From: an uncultured Syntrophaceae bacterium
Lineage (GTDB): Bacteria; Desulfobacterota; Desulfomonilia; Desulfomonilales; Desulfomonilaceae
Direction of reading: 5' to 3'
DNA: 64,000 nucleotides
Assembly (NCBI GenBank): GCA_964628605.1
Contig: CAZVOU010000125.1
Location: 68,120-132,119 of the forward strand
Positions 18,812 through 28,698 of the stretch are shown here, in pieces. Under the pieces are notes generated by a model. That model did no database searches. It saw only the letters and a list, made by a program, of their open reading frames with translations, and had not been told where the DNA came from. Made by a program: the position numbers and the translations under genes. How positions within the stretch are numbered: position 1 is the stretch's first letter; each line of letters opens with the position of its first letter.

Positions 18812-20599
18812 CTAAGCATTTACGGCAAATAGTTTCTCCAGACTTTCCAGTTCATCCAGCGCCTCAGAAATTTGGCCGAGATTTGCATCGACCGATTTTG
18901 TGACCCGTTTGGCGCCATCCTCTAGAGAATTGTGAAAATCTTTCAGTACAAGTTCAGCCAGTCTGGAAGACCTCTTCCTGATTTTCTTAATTCTCCTGTT
19001 CGCAAGCCACACTATTAGACCCAGTTCGATCACTATTAGACTAAGAAGCGAAGAAAGACCCTGAGGACTGAAGATTTGAGACGCCAGGACAATTAGTCCC
19101 CAAAGAATCCCCCAGGCATCGACTTCACGGAATAATCGGAAGACATATTCATTTGTGCATAATCTTACTATTAATAATGCGACCGGCAACATGAGGAAAA
19201 ACATTTGCGAGGACCGTAAAAAAAAAGAACTAATTCTATTTTGAGTCGCATTCAGGATTTGTGTCAAGCTCTGTACGCTTTGGTCTGCTGATTCACTTAC
19301 CATGGAAGTAAAATTGGCCGGCACATTTTCAGAAATGGTTTCAGACAAGCCAAGCAATGATTCGGAACCGATTCTTCCATGGATTTGGCGCATATTGTTG
19401 ATGAATGGGTCCCCGAGACTGAACAGCGTTTTTTTTAGATCAGACAGAATACCGTCAGGTAAAACAGAATCAGTTTTGTTCAAACGCAGTGTGAACATTT
19501 TCATTGCAAGTTGAATCGACGTTAGCGACCTGTCGCCGCCTGCCATTAGATGAAAAATATCTGACGAAATTTTTTTTCTCGTTGGCTCGTCAAAGTTGAA
19601 TGAATCCAGGCCAGGGTGAGCTTCCCTAAAGTCAAGGATGCGTTGAATTGTTCGGCGCTTCAAATCCGGTTGCGATTTAGATAGGACTTCTTCAAAAAGA
19701 ATCGTTGACTGCCTGTGGAGATTCAGAAACTTTATGCTTTGAACCTCTTTGGCCTTGCGGTTAGCCATGATGAATTCCCTCAAACCGGAGAATTCATTGT
19801 CGAGAAATTGGTCTCGCGACAGACCGGAAAACTCCCAATAACTAGAAACGGAAAAGACCCTTGGATTAGGTATTCCTGTATGCGCTTTGAGTTGAAACAC
19901 GAAATGACCCAATGCCTCTTTTAGTTTCAAGTGCCTGTCAATGGAGTCTTCATCAATCAATTGGTCGGATTTGTTGAACACAAAACTGAAGTTGTTCTGG
20001 TGAGAGTGGCAGTTTTTCACAAAATCAAAGAAAGACGCATCTGCATATTTTTCTGGACTGACAACCCATATTGCCATGTCCAGTATCGGCATCAATTCAA
20101 GAACAGTTTTCTCGTTATTGCGGTCGTAACTATCGAAATCGGGCATATCAAACAATACGATGTCTTTGATTGAATCAATCAGATGGGTGGCGTCCGGATC
20201 TTTGAACAAACGACTCGGCCTTTTAAATGAAATATCCTGGTCCCGGTGTCTGTAGATCACCGCTCGGTCGGTAAAAGGTCGTCGGTCGGAAGAATGAGAT
20301 ATTTCTTCTCTTGCCAAGGCATTGATCAAGGTAGATTTTCCAACCCCTGTGCCGCCGATCAATCCTATGACAATGGAAGACCCTGAGCGCCGGGATTTTT
20401 CCAGCAGGTCCCGAGCCTGATCCTTATATTCCCTGATCATAGGTTCATTCAAGAGGTGACTTGCGTCATGTTCCAGAAATTTCACAAGTTTCTCTAGAAC
20501 CAAGGTCAGGTTCAAACCATCCGCAATTGTGCCAATATGTTGCGTTTGAGATGAAAGCTTTGAAAGGAGTGTGTCAGTCAAGATGTTGGGTGAAGCCAC
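18812..20599 (-). CDS. membrane-anchored P-loop GTPase of unknown function
   Basis: 595 aa with G1 GLIGGTGVGKSTL, G4 FNKSD and an atypical G3 (FDMPDFD). C-terminal hydrophobic segments (MFFLMLPVALLIVRL; WGILWGLIVLASQIF...LSLIVIELGLIVWL) and a coiled-coil tail. GTG start without a clear SD, so the start is uncertain. Confidence 0.7.
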   Translation of the reverse strand: MASPNILTDTLLSKLSSQTQHIGTIADGLNLTLVLEKLVKFLEHDASHLLNEPMIREYKDQARDLLEKSRRSGSSIVIGLIGGTGVGKSTLINALAREEISHSSDRRPFTDRAVIYRHRDQDISFKRPSRLFKDPDATHLIDSIKDIVLFDMPDFDSYDRNNEKTVLELMPILDMAIWVVSPEKYADASFFDFVKNCHSHQNNFSFVFNKSDQLIDEDSIDRHLKLKEALGHFVFQLKAHTGIPNPRVFSVSSYWEFSGLSRDQFLDNEFSGLREFIMANRKAKEVQSIKFLNLHRQSTILFEEVLSKSQPDLKRRTIQRILDFREAHPGLDSFNFDEPTRKKISSDIFHLMAGGDRSLTSIQLAMKMFTLRLNKTDSVLPDGILSDLKKTLFSLGDPFINNMRQIHGRIGSESLLGLSETISENVPANFTSMVSESADQSVQSLTQILNATQNRISSFFLRSSQMFFLMLPVALLIVRLCTNEYVFRLFREVDAWGILWGLIVLASQIFSPQGLSSLLSLIVIELGLIVWLANRRIKKIRKRSSRLAELVLKDFHNSLEDGAKRVTKSVDANLGQISEALDELESLEKLFAVNA

Positions 20600-20639
20600 C
20601 TGAAAATTCTCAGGCGGCCCGAATATAGAAATGAGTTTG

Positions 20640-21005
20640 TCACCAGGGAATTTTTACCACTTCAGAATCCTTGCACTCTGCGTCCAGAGGTCTGAGCCAC
20701 GGAAGCCACACTGGAATAGGTTTCAAAGACAAACATGGCGCCTTAAACTCAAACGCCTGGCTGCACCCCGGCAGGCACACTGAGAAAGTTCCGAGACTGA
20801 CCCAGGGCAGAACGTGGAATTCAGTCTTAATCAAGGTCGGCCACACCGGAATGTCAAAGGGTATGGCTACCGAACCAATAGTTTCAGGTGGCGGAGGCTT
20901 ATCGGGCAGACAAGGGCGTGGTGCAAAGTTACCTGACATACAAACCGATGGAGCCATAATTAACAGCAAAATTAATATAATAAAGGCTTTTTTCAACCTG
21001 ATCAT
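20640..21005 (-). CDS. small secreted Cys/Pro/Trp-rich protein, unknown function
   Basis: 121 aa with signal peptide MIRLKKAFIILILLLIMAPSV. AGGAGAAAAGG precedes the ATG. Preferred over the mirror plus-strand ORF 20671-21018, which has no SD and an implausible composition. Confidence 0.55.
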   Translation of the reverse strand: MIRLKKAFIILILLLIMAPSVCMSGNFAPRPCLPDKPPPPETIGSVAIPFDIPVWPTLIKTEFHVLPWVSLGTFSVCLPGCSQAFEFKAPCLSLKPIPVWLPWLRPLDAECKDSEVVKIPW

Positions 21006-21197
21006 CCTTTTCTCCTAACCAGGTGAGCCTGATCTAAGCTCATAGTGTAATTTTTCACTCAGACAGATACAGGTTTACTCTAACACGCTAGGCTACAGAA
21101 AGTCAAATCAGCTCGTTCTAAGATAAAACGGACTTTTTTAGGAATGTGAGTTCCACGGAAAATTTGGCGGAATCTGTCAATGTGCCCCTTAAACGCA

Positions 21198-21229
21198 GAA
21201 GATCGACGAAATGCTCTTCGTCGATCTTC
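21198..21229 (-). terminator. perfect 13-bp inverted repeat downstream of ppdK
   Basis: GAAGATCGACGAA-atgctc-TTCGTCGATCTTC, about 60 nt after the ppdK stop. U-tracts are weak in both orientations, so the terminator function is tentative. Confidence 0.4.
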
Positions 21230-21291
21230 CGGAACTCCTTTTCAGGGTTCAGGCGCCCAGTGCGCGGCGCCGAAAACATTCCGGCGGGAAA

Positions 21292-24072
21292 CTAATTCTT
21301 TTTCTCCAATAGCGCCGCATGCGCCGCCGCCAGCCTGGCTATAGGAACACGAGGGCCTGAGCACGAAACATAGTTCAGACCTACATTGTGGCAGAATTTG
21401 ATGGAAGCCGGATGGCCACCGTGCTCGCCACATATTCCGATCTTCAAATTCGGATTGGCTTTTCTACCGGAATCCACGGCCATCTTCATTAAAGCGCCCA
21501 CACCAACTGTGTCCAGTGACTCAAATGGATTGGCCGGCAACAACCCTGCTTCCTGATAGAATGGCAGAAACTTGTTTTCCGCGTCCTCACGGCTAAAAGA
21601 GAAGGTTGCCTGGGTAAGGTCGTTCGTTCCAAATGAGAAGAACTCAGCCACCCCAGCAATTCTTTCAGCAGTTACACATGCCCTTACAACTTCTATCATT
21701 GAACCGAACTTGAATTTTAGTTTGATGTTTTGAGAAGATTCAATTTCAGCCTGAATTTCATCCACATAATTTTTTACCCAACTAAGTTCTTTGTGAGAAC
21801 ATACCTGTGGAACCATGATTTCAGGATAAACATCGACCCCTTCCCTGATACATTCCGCAGTGGCTTCAAGTATAGCCTGAATCTGCATCTGGTAGATTTC
21901 AGGATATGTTATGCCCAGACGCACTCCTCTGTGACCCAGCATCGGGTTTATCTCTCGGAGCGTCCTAACTCTCTGAAGCATGAGTTTTCTTTTCGCCAGA
22001 GCCTTTTCAACCATAACGGGATCAAGGGCTGAGAGGTTGAGGGGCAACTGTGAGAGTCCCTCCAGGTAATGGGAATGGGCGTCCACATCTACAAGGCGAA
22101 CGGCGTCCAACATGTCTTGGGCCGCTTTTTGTATGGAACTCAGCTTCTTCAGTTCTTCGAGCTGCTTGATAAGATCATTTTCTGTCGGCAGGAATTCATG
22201 AATAGGGGGATCCAACAAGCGAATCGTTACCGGGTATGGTGACATTGCTATCAATATGGCCTTGAAGTCCGACCTCTGAATTGGGAGCAATTTGGCAAGA
22301 GCCTTCTTACGGTCCTCAGATGTCTCTGCCAGTATCATGTCTACCACCTTTGGTAAACGCTCGGCCGCATTGAACATGCGCTCGGTTCTGCAAAGACCTA
22401 TTCCGACGGCCCCGTAAGTTCTGGACTTTTCGGCATCCTCAGGAGTGTCGGCGTTTGCCATGACTCCCAGACGCGCCAGGTTGTCCGCCCAGCCAAGCAA
22501 TACATTAAGATGTTCGCTAAATTCAGGCTCGATTGTGGGGATCTCTCCGAGGTAAACATTTCCAGTGCCACCATCGATCGTTATTACATCACCTTCGTGG
22601 ATAACCTTGTCACCAACGATGGCCAGCCTCTGTTCAGTCTGGACCACAATGCCTTCTGCGCCTGCCACGCAAGGTTTTCCCATTCCACGGGCCACGACGG
22701 CGGCGTGAGAAGTCTTGCCTCCTCGGCTTGTCAATATTCCCTGAGACGCAAAAAAACCGTGGATGTCTTCAGGTTTGGTTTCTTCCCTGACAAGAATGAC
22801 CTTTTCTCCCTGACGACCTTCGGTTTCGGCTCTGTCCGCGTCAAAAATACATTTACCCGAGGCTGCTCCGGGGGAAGCCGGCAGACCTGTGGCTAGAGGG
22901 GTAGCTTCAAAACTGGGGTCCAACCCGGGATACAGTAGTTGTTCCAGGTGTTCCGGGTTTATCCTCAGCAGAGACTCTTCCTTGGTAAGCAAACCTTCAG
23001 CGACCATGTCAACCGATGAACGGACCATGGCTTGTGCGTTCATCTTTCCGTTTCTGGTCTGCAAACAGAACAAGATGCCTTTTTCGATTGTGAACTCGAA
23101 ATCCTGAACCTCACGATAGTGTTTTTCGAGTTTGTTGCGCAACTCTTCCAATTGCTTGTAGAGTGAGGGCATTTCCTGAGACATCGCCTGGATAGGTTTG
23201 GGAGTCCTGATTCCGGCAACCACGTCTTCGCCCTGAGCGTTGACCAGGTACTCTCCAAACATTACATTTTCCCCTGTGGCCGGGTCCCTGGTAAAGCCAA
23301 CGCCGGTGCCACTATCGTTGCCCATGTTGCCAAACACCATGGCCACGATGTTTACCGCCGTTCCATTGGCCATGTCCGTCGTGATGTTAAATTCCCTGCG
23401 ATAATCGACGGCTCTCTTTCCGCTCCAGGAATTGAAAACAGCTTTTATGGCAATGTTTAACTGGTCATAAACATCTTCAGGGAATGGTCTGAACGTTTGC
23501 TCGTAAACAACATTTAGAAACAGTTCACTGATTTCTTTTAAGTCTTCCGTGGTCAAATCCACGTCTGAAATGGCGCCAGTCTTGACTTTTACGGCCTCCA
23601 GAGTTTCATCAAAATACTGGTCAGGTATACCCATGGCTATCTTGCCGAAAAGCTGAATGAATCGTCGATATGCGTCATAACCGAAACGTTCGTTTCCAGT
23701 TTGAGCAATTAAACCATGGAGAGTGTTCGAGTTTAAGCCAAGGTTCAGGATTGTATCCATCATGCCGGGCATGGACATGGCCGATCCTGATCGAACTGAA
23801 ACCAGCAAAGGATTGTCCGGATCACCAAAAGTCTTACCCGCTTCCTTTTCCAGTTCCTTCATGTGCCCAATCACTTCTTCCATCATGCCAGGCGGCAATT
23901 CTCCAACTCCGGAGTCAAGAAAACTCAAACATGCTTCAGTAGTAATTACAAAGCCAGGCGGCACTTTCAGGCCTATCTGGGTCATTTCACAAAGACCCGC
24001 TCCCTTACCGCCCAAGAGCTTCTTGTTTTTGCCGTCGCCCTCTTGAAATGAGTATACGAATTTTTGACTCAT
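21292..24072 (-). CDS. ppdK: pyruvate, phosphate dikinase
   Basis: N-terminal ATP-grasp region (KKLLGGKGAGLCEM), phosphohistidine motif GGKTSHAAVVARGMG and a C-terminal PEP-utilising domain (GICGEHGG). Start set to ATG 24072 (MSQKFVYSF) with GGAGAG upstream. Confidence 0.95.
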   Translation of the reverse strand: MSQKFVYSFQEGDGKNKKLLGGKGAGLCEMTQIGLKVPPGFVITTEACLSFLDSGVGELPPGMMEEVIGHMKELEKEAGKTFGDPDNPLLVSVRSGSAMSMPGMMDTILNLGLNSNTLHGLIAQTGNERFGYDAYRRFIQLFGKIAMGIPDQYFDETLEAVKVKTGAISDVDLTTEDLKEISELFLNVVYEQTFRPFPEDVYDQLNIAIKAVFNSWSGKRAVDYRREFNITTDMANGTAVNIVAMVFGNMGNDSGTGVGFTRDPATGENVMFGEYLVNAQGEDVVAGIRTPKPIQAMSQEMPSLYKQLEELRNKLEKHYREVQDFEFTIEKGILFCLQTRNGKMNAQAMVRSSVDMVAEGLLTKEESLLRINPEHLEQLLYPGLDPSFEATPLATGLPASPGAASGKCIFDADRAETEGRQGEKVILVREETKPEDIHGFFASQGILTSRGGKTSHAAVVARGMGKPCVAGAEGIVVQTEQRLAIVGDKVIHEGDVITIDGGTGNVYLGEIPTIEPEFSEHLNVLLGWADNLARLGVMANADTPEDAEKSRTYGAVGIGLCRTERMFNAAERLPKVVDMILAETSEDRKKALAKLLPIQRSDFKAILIAMSPYPVTIRLLDPPIHEFLPTENDLIKQLEELKKLSSIQKAAQDMLDAVRLVDVDAHSHYLEGLSQLPLNLSALDPVMVEKALAKRKLMLQRVRTLREINPMLGHRGVRLGITYPEIYQMQIQAILEATAECIREGVDVYPEIMVPQVCSHKELSWVKNYVDEIQAEIESSQNIKLKFKFGSMIEVVRACVTAERIAGVAEFFSFGTNDLTQATFSFSREDAENKFLPFYQEAGLLPANPFESLDTVGVGALMKMAVDSGRKANPNLKIGICGEHGGHPASIKFCHNVGLNYVSCSGPRVPIARLAAAHAALLEKKN

Positions 24073-24389
24073 CGGACTCTCCACTTCTATTTTTCGATAA
24101 TTGACTTAATTAACCTCAAAACAGAGGCTTGATTCAGAAATTCCCTCCCAAAGGCTTAACACCCTTATTTTCCTCAATTGGTGAACAGATGTGACAGAAT
24201 CACAACATTCTATCAAATTATGATTACACAATTCAAATAAAACATTTACAATTTTTGTCCCTGCCCCTGGCGTGAAAAAATTTCTTTCAACGAATTCAGA
24301 GTCAACAATTGCCGAGTAGCGGAAAATTCCAGGCGAACAACAATTGGGATCATCTCAATGTTACTTTTTTTCAACGCGCCGCCTCTTCT

Positions 24390-26327
24390 TTAGTGGTTCT
24401 TGAGAGAACCGGGTTTAACAGACGGGAACAGTTCGGCCCTGGTATGGGGTAAAAACAAGGCCGCCATAAAGTTGTCCATGTAGGCCGGGTCCTCAGAGAG
24501 TTCCACGTTTGTCATCGCCTTCGCTATCTCACGTGATTTTTCCATCAGATTTCTGTCTACGGCCGCTAGTCGAGCGCCCTTAAGAGAAGAATTACCGATG
24601 AACATGAATTTCTCCTTGGGTATGTCCGGCAAGAGTCCAATGTTCACCGAGTGATCCAGGTTGATAAAACTTCCAAATGCCCCCGCAATGATTACTTTGT
24701 CCAGATCATGCACCGATAGACCTATTTTCTCCAGGAGGCACAAATATCCAGAAAACATTGCGCCTTTGGCCCTTAGGATATTGTCCAGATCCACCTCGCT
24801 CAAAGTCAAGTCCTCACCCAAACCGCTTTCCTTGGCCCAACAGATCACATATTCATAACCGCTCTTGCCTTTCCGGATTCTATCGGTCTTCAGGTCGTGA
24901 GCAAACTTACCGTTCTGGTTTAATATCCCGATGAGGAGCATCTGGGAAACTATGTTGATGATTCCCGAGCCGCAAATGCCCAGCGCCGGCTTACTGTCAA
25001 TGGTGCGGATCATGGGCTCCAATGTGTCCGGATCTATCAAAATACCCTCAACTGCTCCAGGAGCGGCCCTCATACCATATTGCAAACCACCGCCTTCAAA
25101 AGCGGGACCTGCAGAACACGACGCGGTCATCAACATGTCTCTGTTGCCGGCCACTATTTCACCGTTGGTGCCGATGTCTATAAAAAGTGTCATCTCATCG
25201 CTTTGCCACATGCCGTTTGACAGAACGCCCGCAACTATATCTCCACCGACGTAAGAAGCCACCCCGGGAAAAACAGTCACAAAGGAGCCCGGAGGCATAT
25301 CTAGGCCCAAAGACCTGGCAGGAACCGGTTCAATGTTCTGGGCGGCAGGAACATAAGGAGTCTGACGCAGAAATTTAGGATAAAGCCCCAGAAACAGATG
25401 CGACATTACCGTGTTACCCGCAGCAACCATGTAGTTAATGGATTCCCTGGGCTGAGCGCTCTTTTCCAGCATCTCATCTATTATTTCGTTCAAACCTTTG
25501 ACCACATGTTGTTGGAGCCTATCCAGACCATCCTTCTTGAGAGCAAAAACTATCCTGCTTATGACATCGTCTCCCATTGATATCTGGGGATTGTACCTGG
25601 AAGCGCGTGCCAACACCGCGCCGGTCTCCAGATCAACAAGTTCACCCCAGAGCGATGTTGTTCCGATGTCGATTGCCACCGACAGTCTTGGCCTCTTGAG
25701 ATGCCCCGGAGAGACCTTGATCAACTTGTAAATATCAGTGTTAAGATGAGGAATCGGGTCTACTCTCAAACACGCAGAAAACTTCCAATCTTCCGCCCTA
25801 ACCTCGTTCGGTAATTCCTTGATTACCTCCAGATCAGCAGTGACCGGAAAAATATCGTGATCAACCTTGAGTGTTCTGGTTATACGTTCATAATCGCTGG
25901 TGTTGTCTTCCAATTTCGGCGCTTGAGGACTCATGTAAACCCTGATGGTCATGGGATTATGTTCAGGGTGTACCGGAGATTCCATGGGAGTCGCCATAGC
26001 CTTTTTTCTATCCTGCTCGTCCCTGGGAATGACTTTTCGTCCGACTTTTGATTTTGGGACCTCGATCACGAGATCCGAAATGACCCTTGATTGGCAGGCC
26101 AGAACAAATCCTTCGGCCCTTGCGATGGGGTCAAGCTTCTCCATGGCCAGGCTGGTCACTTTTCCCTGCACCACTTTCACCTTGCATTGCGCGCAAGCGC
26201 CAGAGCCGCCGCAGGCGGCAGGGATGAAAACTCCGGCCTCCAAAGCCGCATCCAAAAGTAGCTCACCCGCCAAAACTTCTATGGTGATGTCATCCGGAAG
26301 GAATGTCACATTTCTTTTTTCAGGCAT
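24390..26327 (-). CDS. 2Fe-2S ferredoxin domain plus ASKHA/DUF4445 protein (RACo-like corrinoid reductive activator family)
   Basis: The N-terminal ferredoxin has CGGSGACAQC. It is followed by a large ASKHA-fold region with DIGTTS and DIGTNGE phosphate-binding motifs. 645 aa, matching the RACo/COG3894 architecture. Confidence 0.8.
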   Translation of the reverse strand: MPEKRNVTFLPDDITIEVLAGELLLDAALEAGVFIPAACGGSGACAQCKVKVVQGKVTSLAMEKLDPIARAEGFVLACQSRVISDLVIEVPKSKVGRKVIPRDEQDRKKAMATPMESPVHPEHNPMTIRVYMSPQAPKLEDNTSDYERITRTLKVDHDIFPVTADLEVIKELPNEVRAEDWKFSACLRVDPIPHLNTDIYKLIKVSPGHLKRPRLSVAIDIGTTSLWGELVDLETGAVLARASRYNPQISMGDDVISRIVFALKKDGLDRLQQHVVKGLNEIIDEMLEKSAQPRESINYMVAAGNTVMSHLFLGLYPKFLRQTPYVPAAQNIEPVPARSLGLDMPPGSFVTVFPGVASYVGGDIVAGVLSNGMWQSDEMTLFIDIGTNGEIVAGNRDMLMTASCSAGPAFEGGGLQYGMRAAPGAVEGILIDPDTLEPMIRTIDSKPALGICGSGIINIVSQMLLIGILNQNGKFAHDLKTDRIRKGKSGYEYVICWAKESGLGEDLTLSEVDLDNILRAKGAMFSGYLCLLEKIGLSVHDLDKVIIAGAFGSFINLDHSVNIGLLPDIPKEKFMFIGNSSLKGARLAAVDRNLMEKSREIAKAMTNVELSEDPAYMDNFMAALFLPHTRAELFPSVKPGSLKNH

Positions 26328-26527
26328 TTTGCCTCCAGACAGTGTGAGAGCAATCCATAGCCCCCAACCAACTTGTTAATTTCAGGATAAAAAATTGCTA
26401 TTATCTAAAAGAGGCCTTATTGTCCACCGTGCCTTTTGAGATACCCGTATGTCACCCCAAGCCTATGGCCACATTGTTTAGATCTGCAGCAAGTAACATA
26501 ACTCAAATGAATGGAAATGAACAATAT

Positions 26528-27169
26528 ATGAATTTGAAAATATGCGAAATTTTTAAGAGCATTCAAGGTGAATCGTCCTACGTAGGATTACCATGCGTTT
26601 TCATTAGGTTATCTGGATGCAATCTCAGGTGCCGTTACTGCGACACCACCTACGCATGGTCCGAGGGGAACGAAATGTCACTAGATGAAATCATTGACAC
26701 TGTCCTTAAATACAAATGCGATCTGGCGCTTGTTACCGGCGGGGAACCACTGGCCCAAACCGGTTCACGGCATCTGATTCAGGCCCTTCTTGACAATCAA
26801 ATGAACACCCTGGTTGAAACAAACGGAACATTCGACATTTCAAATTTACCAAATCAAGCCGTTAGAATTGTCGATGTAAAATGTCCCGGCAGCGGAGAAT
26901 CAGGCAGCTTTTTCATGGCCAATCTCAAGGCTCTGAAATCGCAAGATGAAGTAAAATTCGTGATAACAGATAGAAATGATTATGAATGGTCCAGAGATTT
27001 TTTGACTCGTCATTTGAACGGGTTTTCGGGTCAGGTTCTTTTTTCTCCGGCTTTTGAAGACCAGATGCCGTCAGACATGATCAGCTGGATATTGGCAGAC
27101 AATTTACGGGTCCGCTTCCAACTCCAATTGCACAAAGTCATCTGGGACCCTCAGCAAAGAGGAGTGTGA
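26528..27169 (+). CDS. queE: 7-carboxy-7-deazaguanine synthase
   Basis: EIFKSIQGES N-terminal motif and radical-SAM CNLRCRYC. Start set to ATG 26528 (MNLKICEIF); ATG 26507 is also possible. Confidence 0.88.
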   Translation: MNLKICEIFKSIQGESSYVGLPCVFIRLSGCNLRCRYCDTTYAWSEGNEMSLDEIIDTVLKYKCDLALVTGGEPLAQTGSRHLIQALLDNQMNTLVETNGTFDISNLPNQAVRIVDVKCPGSGESGSFFMANLKALKSQDEVKFVITDRNDYEWSRDFLTRHLNGFSGQVLFSPAFEDQMPSDMISWILADNLRVRFQLQLHKVIWDPQQRGV

Positions 27170-27317
27170 AAAATGGCGCCCAAAAGTTATCTGAATTATA
27201 GACACTTGAACTCAATCATTCCATCTGGGCGATTTGCTCCAAGGTAATGCCGTCCATTGAGTTCAATAAAAATCACGAAATAGTTAAAGTAAAATCTCTG
27301 ATACCGAACGCAAATAG

Positions 27318-27347
27318 TTGACGATTGACAGTTGGATATGCTAATAT
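27318..27347 (+). promoter_or_regulatory. sigma-70-like promoter with extended -10
   Basis: TTGACG (27318-23), 18-nt spacer, TGcTAATAT (27339-47), about 75 nt upstream of the CDS at 27423. Confidence 0.4.
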
Positions 27348-27422
27348 AGAACATGATCACAGTAATCTCGGCGAAGAACTGAACTAATTATGTTCAGCCG
27401 CTAAGCCCGAAAGGAGCTTTTA

Positions 27423-27989
27423 ATGAAAAAATTTCTACTCTTCTTCATGATGTTGGGCCTTTTATGCTCTTCGCCCGGATTAGTTCTGGCAGAGGAGGAA
27501 ATCTTTTGGGGCACTGTGCCCTCTGCCGACTCTGAAATAACCGACGCTGATTTTACTCACAAGTATCAGGGTCAGGCCGATCACAGCCTTTTCAGGGATA
27601 AAGAGATTTACGACGTAGGTAGGCGCAACCTGTTCGAAGAGGATGAAGAGGCTGGTGTGGTAATATCTCAACCGATTCAGGGACCGCTCCCTTCGGCTCC
27701 GATAATAGAGAGAAGTACACCGGCAGCCAGACCAGAGCTAGGATCTACTCCCAGAAACGTAGATACGACTAGACCCTCCTCGACTCCAAGTACGCCTGCG
27801 AGAGTAAGCCCTGCGGCGCCAAAACCCGCAGAAACATCTCCTGGTAGCCAGGATGTTAGCTCGGGAGCCGCCCAGGAGAACGCTGAAAAACCGGGGACTA
27901 AAAAGATGAAATGGGGACAATCAGACACCCCTTCAGCATCTGAACCCAAGGCAAAGTTTGAATGGGGCCAGAACAAGTCTGGCAATTAA
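27423..27989 (+). CDS. secreted Pro/Ser/Thr-rich low-complexity protein, unknown function
   Basis: 188 aa with signal peptide MKKFLLFFMMLGLLCSSPGLVLA. AAGGAG SD 7 nt upstream of the ATG. Confidence 0.6.
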   Translation: MKKFLLFFMMLGLLCSSPGLVLAEEEIFWGTVPSADSEITDADFTHKYQGQADHSLFRDKEIYDVGRRNLFEEDEEAGVVISQPIQGPLPSAPIIERSTPAARPELGSTPRNVDTTRPSSTPSTPARVSPAAPKPAETSPGSQDVSSGAAQENAEKPGTKKMKWGQSDTPSASEPKAKFEWGQNKSGN

Positions 27990-28132
27990 TATTATCATTT
28001 TATTCGTTTGGTTTGTCTTACAGCCTTTTTGAATGCAATAGCGTCTGACGGTGTTAAAATCAGAGCCGGCTTTTTGAGATTCTCAAAAAAGTCGGTTTTT
28101 TTCTTGCAGATCGACTAAATCCCCAAACGGCC

Positions 28133-28675
28133 ATGAATAGCGTGAATCAAAAGAATACCAGTTTTTCTGAATCATTTCTGACAAGATTGAGGCAAAGGAT
28201 TGTAGACCCTTTTTTGTTGTCCGAACATCCCCCCAGACATGACGCTCGTGGAGCGGCGCTAGGATTGCTGGTAGGCTTCGGTTTTCCGCTGGGTTTACAA
28301 TGGGTTTCACTTGGGCTTATTCGGACGGTATTCAGATTCAACATCATCTTGGCGCTGGCTCTTACATGGGTCAATAACCCTTTCACTGTAGGTCCCATGT
28401 ATTATGGATATTACCTTATGGGGTCTGCGATAATCGGAAACTCCACCGGAATTAATTCGGACAGATTCCTGGAACTTATGGCCCCTCTATTTGAGGCGGA
28501 AACTTTCCTGGATTCACTTTCGGGTCTTGCCGAAATTGGTTCCGAAATTATGATCAAATGGGCTATAGGGGCCTCCATAACCGGGTTATTGTTGGGAGCG
28601 CTCGGTTATGTGGCCACATATTATATTCAGAGTCATCGACAACAAAAACGTGAGAAAATGACCGATTCCAGCTAA
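28133..28675 (+). CDS. DUF2062 family membrane protein
   Basis: 180 aa. The region RQRIVDPFLLSEHPPRHDARGAALGLLVGFGFPLGLQ and the following TM helices fit DUF2062. Confidence 0.7.
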   Translation: MNSVNQKNTSFSESFLTRLRQRIVDPFLLSEHPPRHDARGAALGLLVGFGFPLGLQWVSLGLIRTVFRFNIILALALTWVNNPFTVGPMYYGYYLMGSAIIGNSTGINSDRFLELMAPLFEAETFLDSLSGLAEIGSEIMIKWAIGASITGLLLGALGYVATYYIQSHRQQKREKMTDSS

Positions 28676-28698
28676 GTGTTTGCGGGCCCCGACTGCTA

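Noticed and set aside
20671-21018. A plus-strand 115-aa ORF mirroring the minus-strand 121-aa ORF.
   Set aside because: It has no SD and is Gly/Ser/His-rich with no signal peptide or domain. The minus-strand frame has a strong SD and a clear signal peptide.
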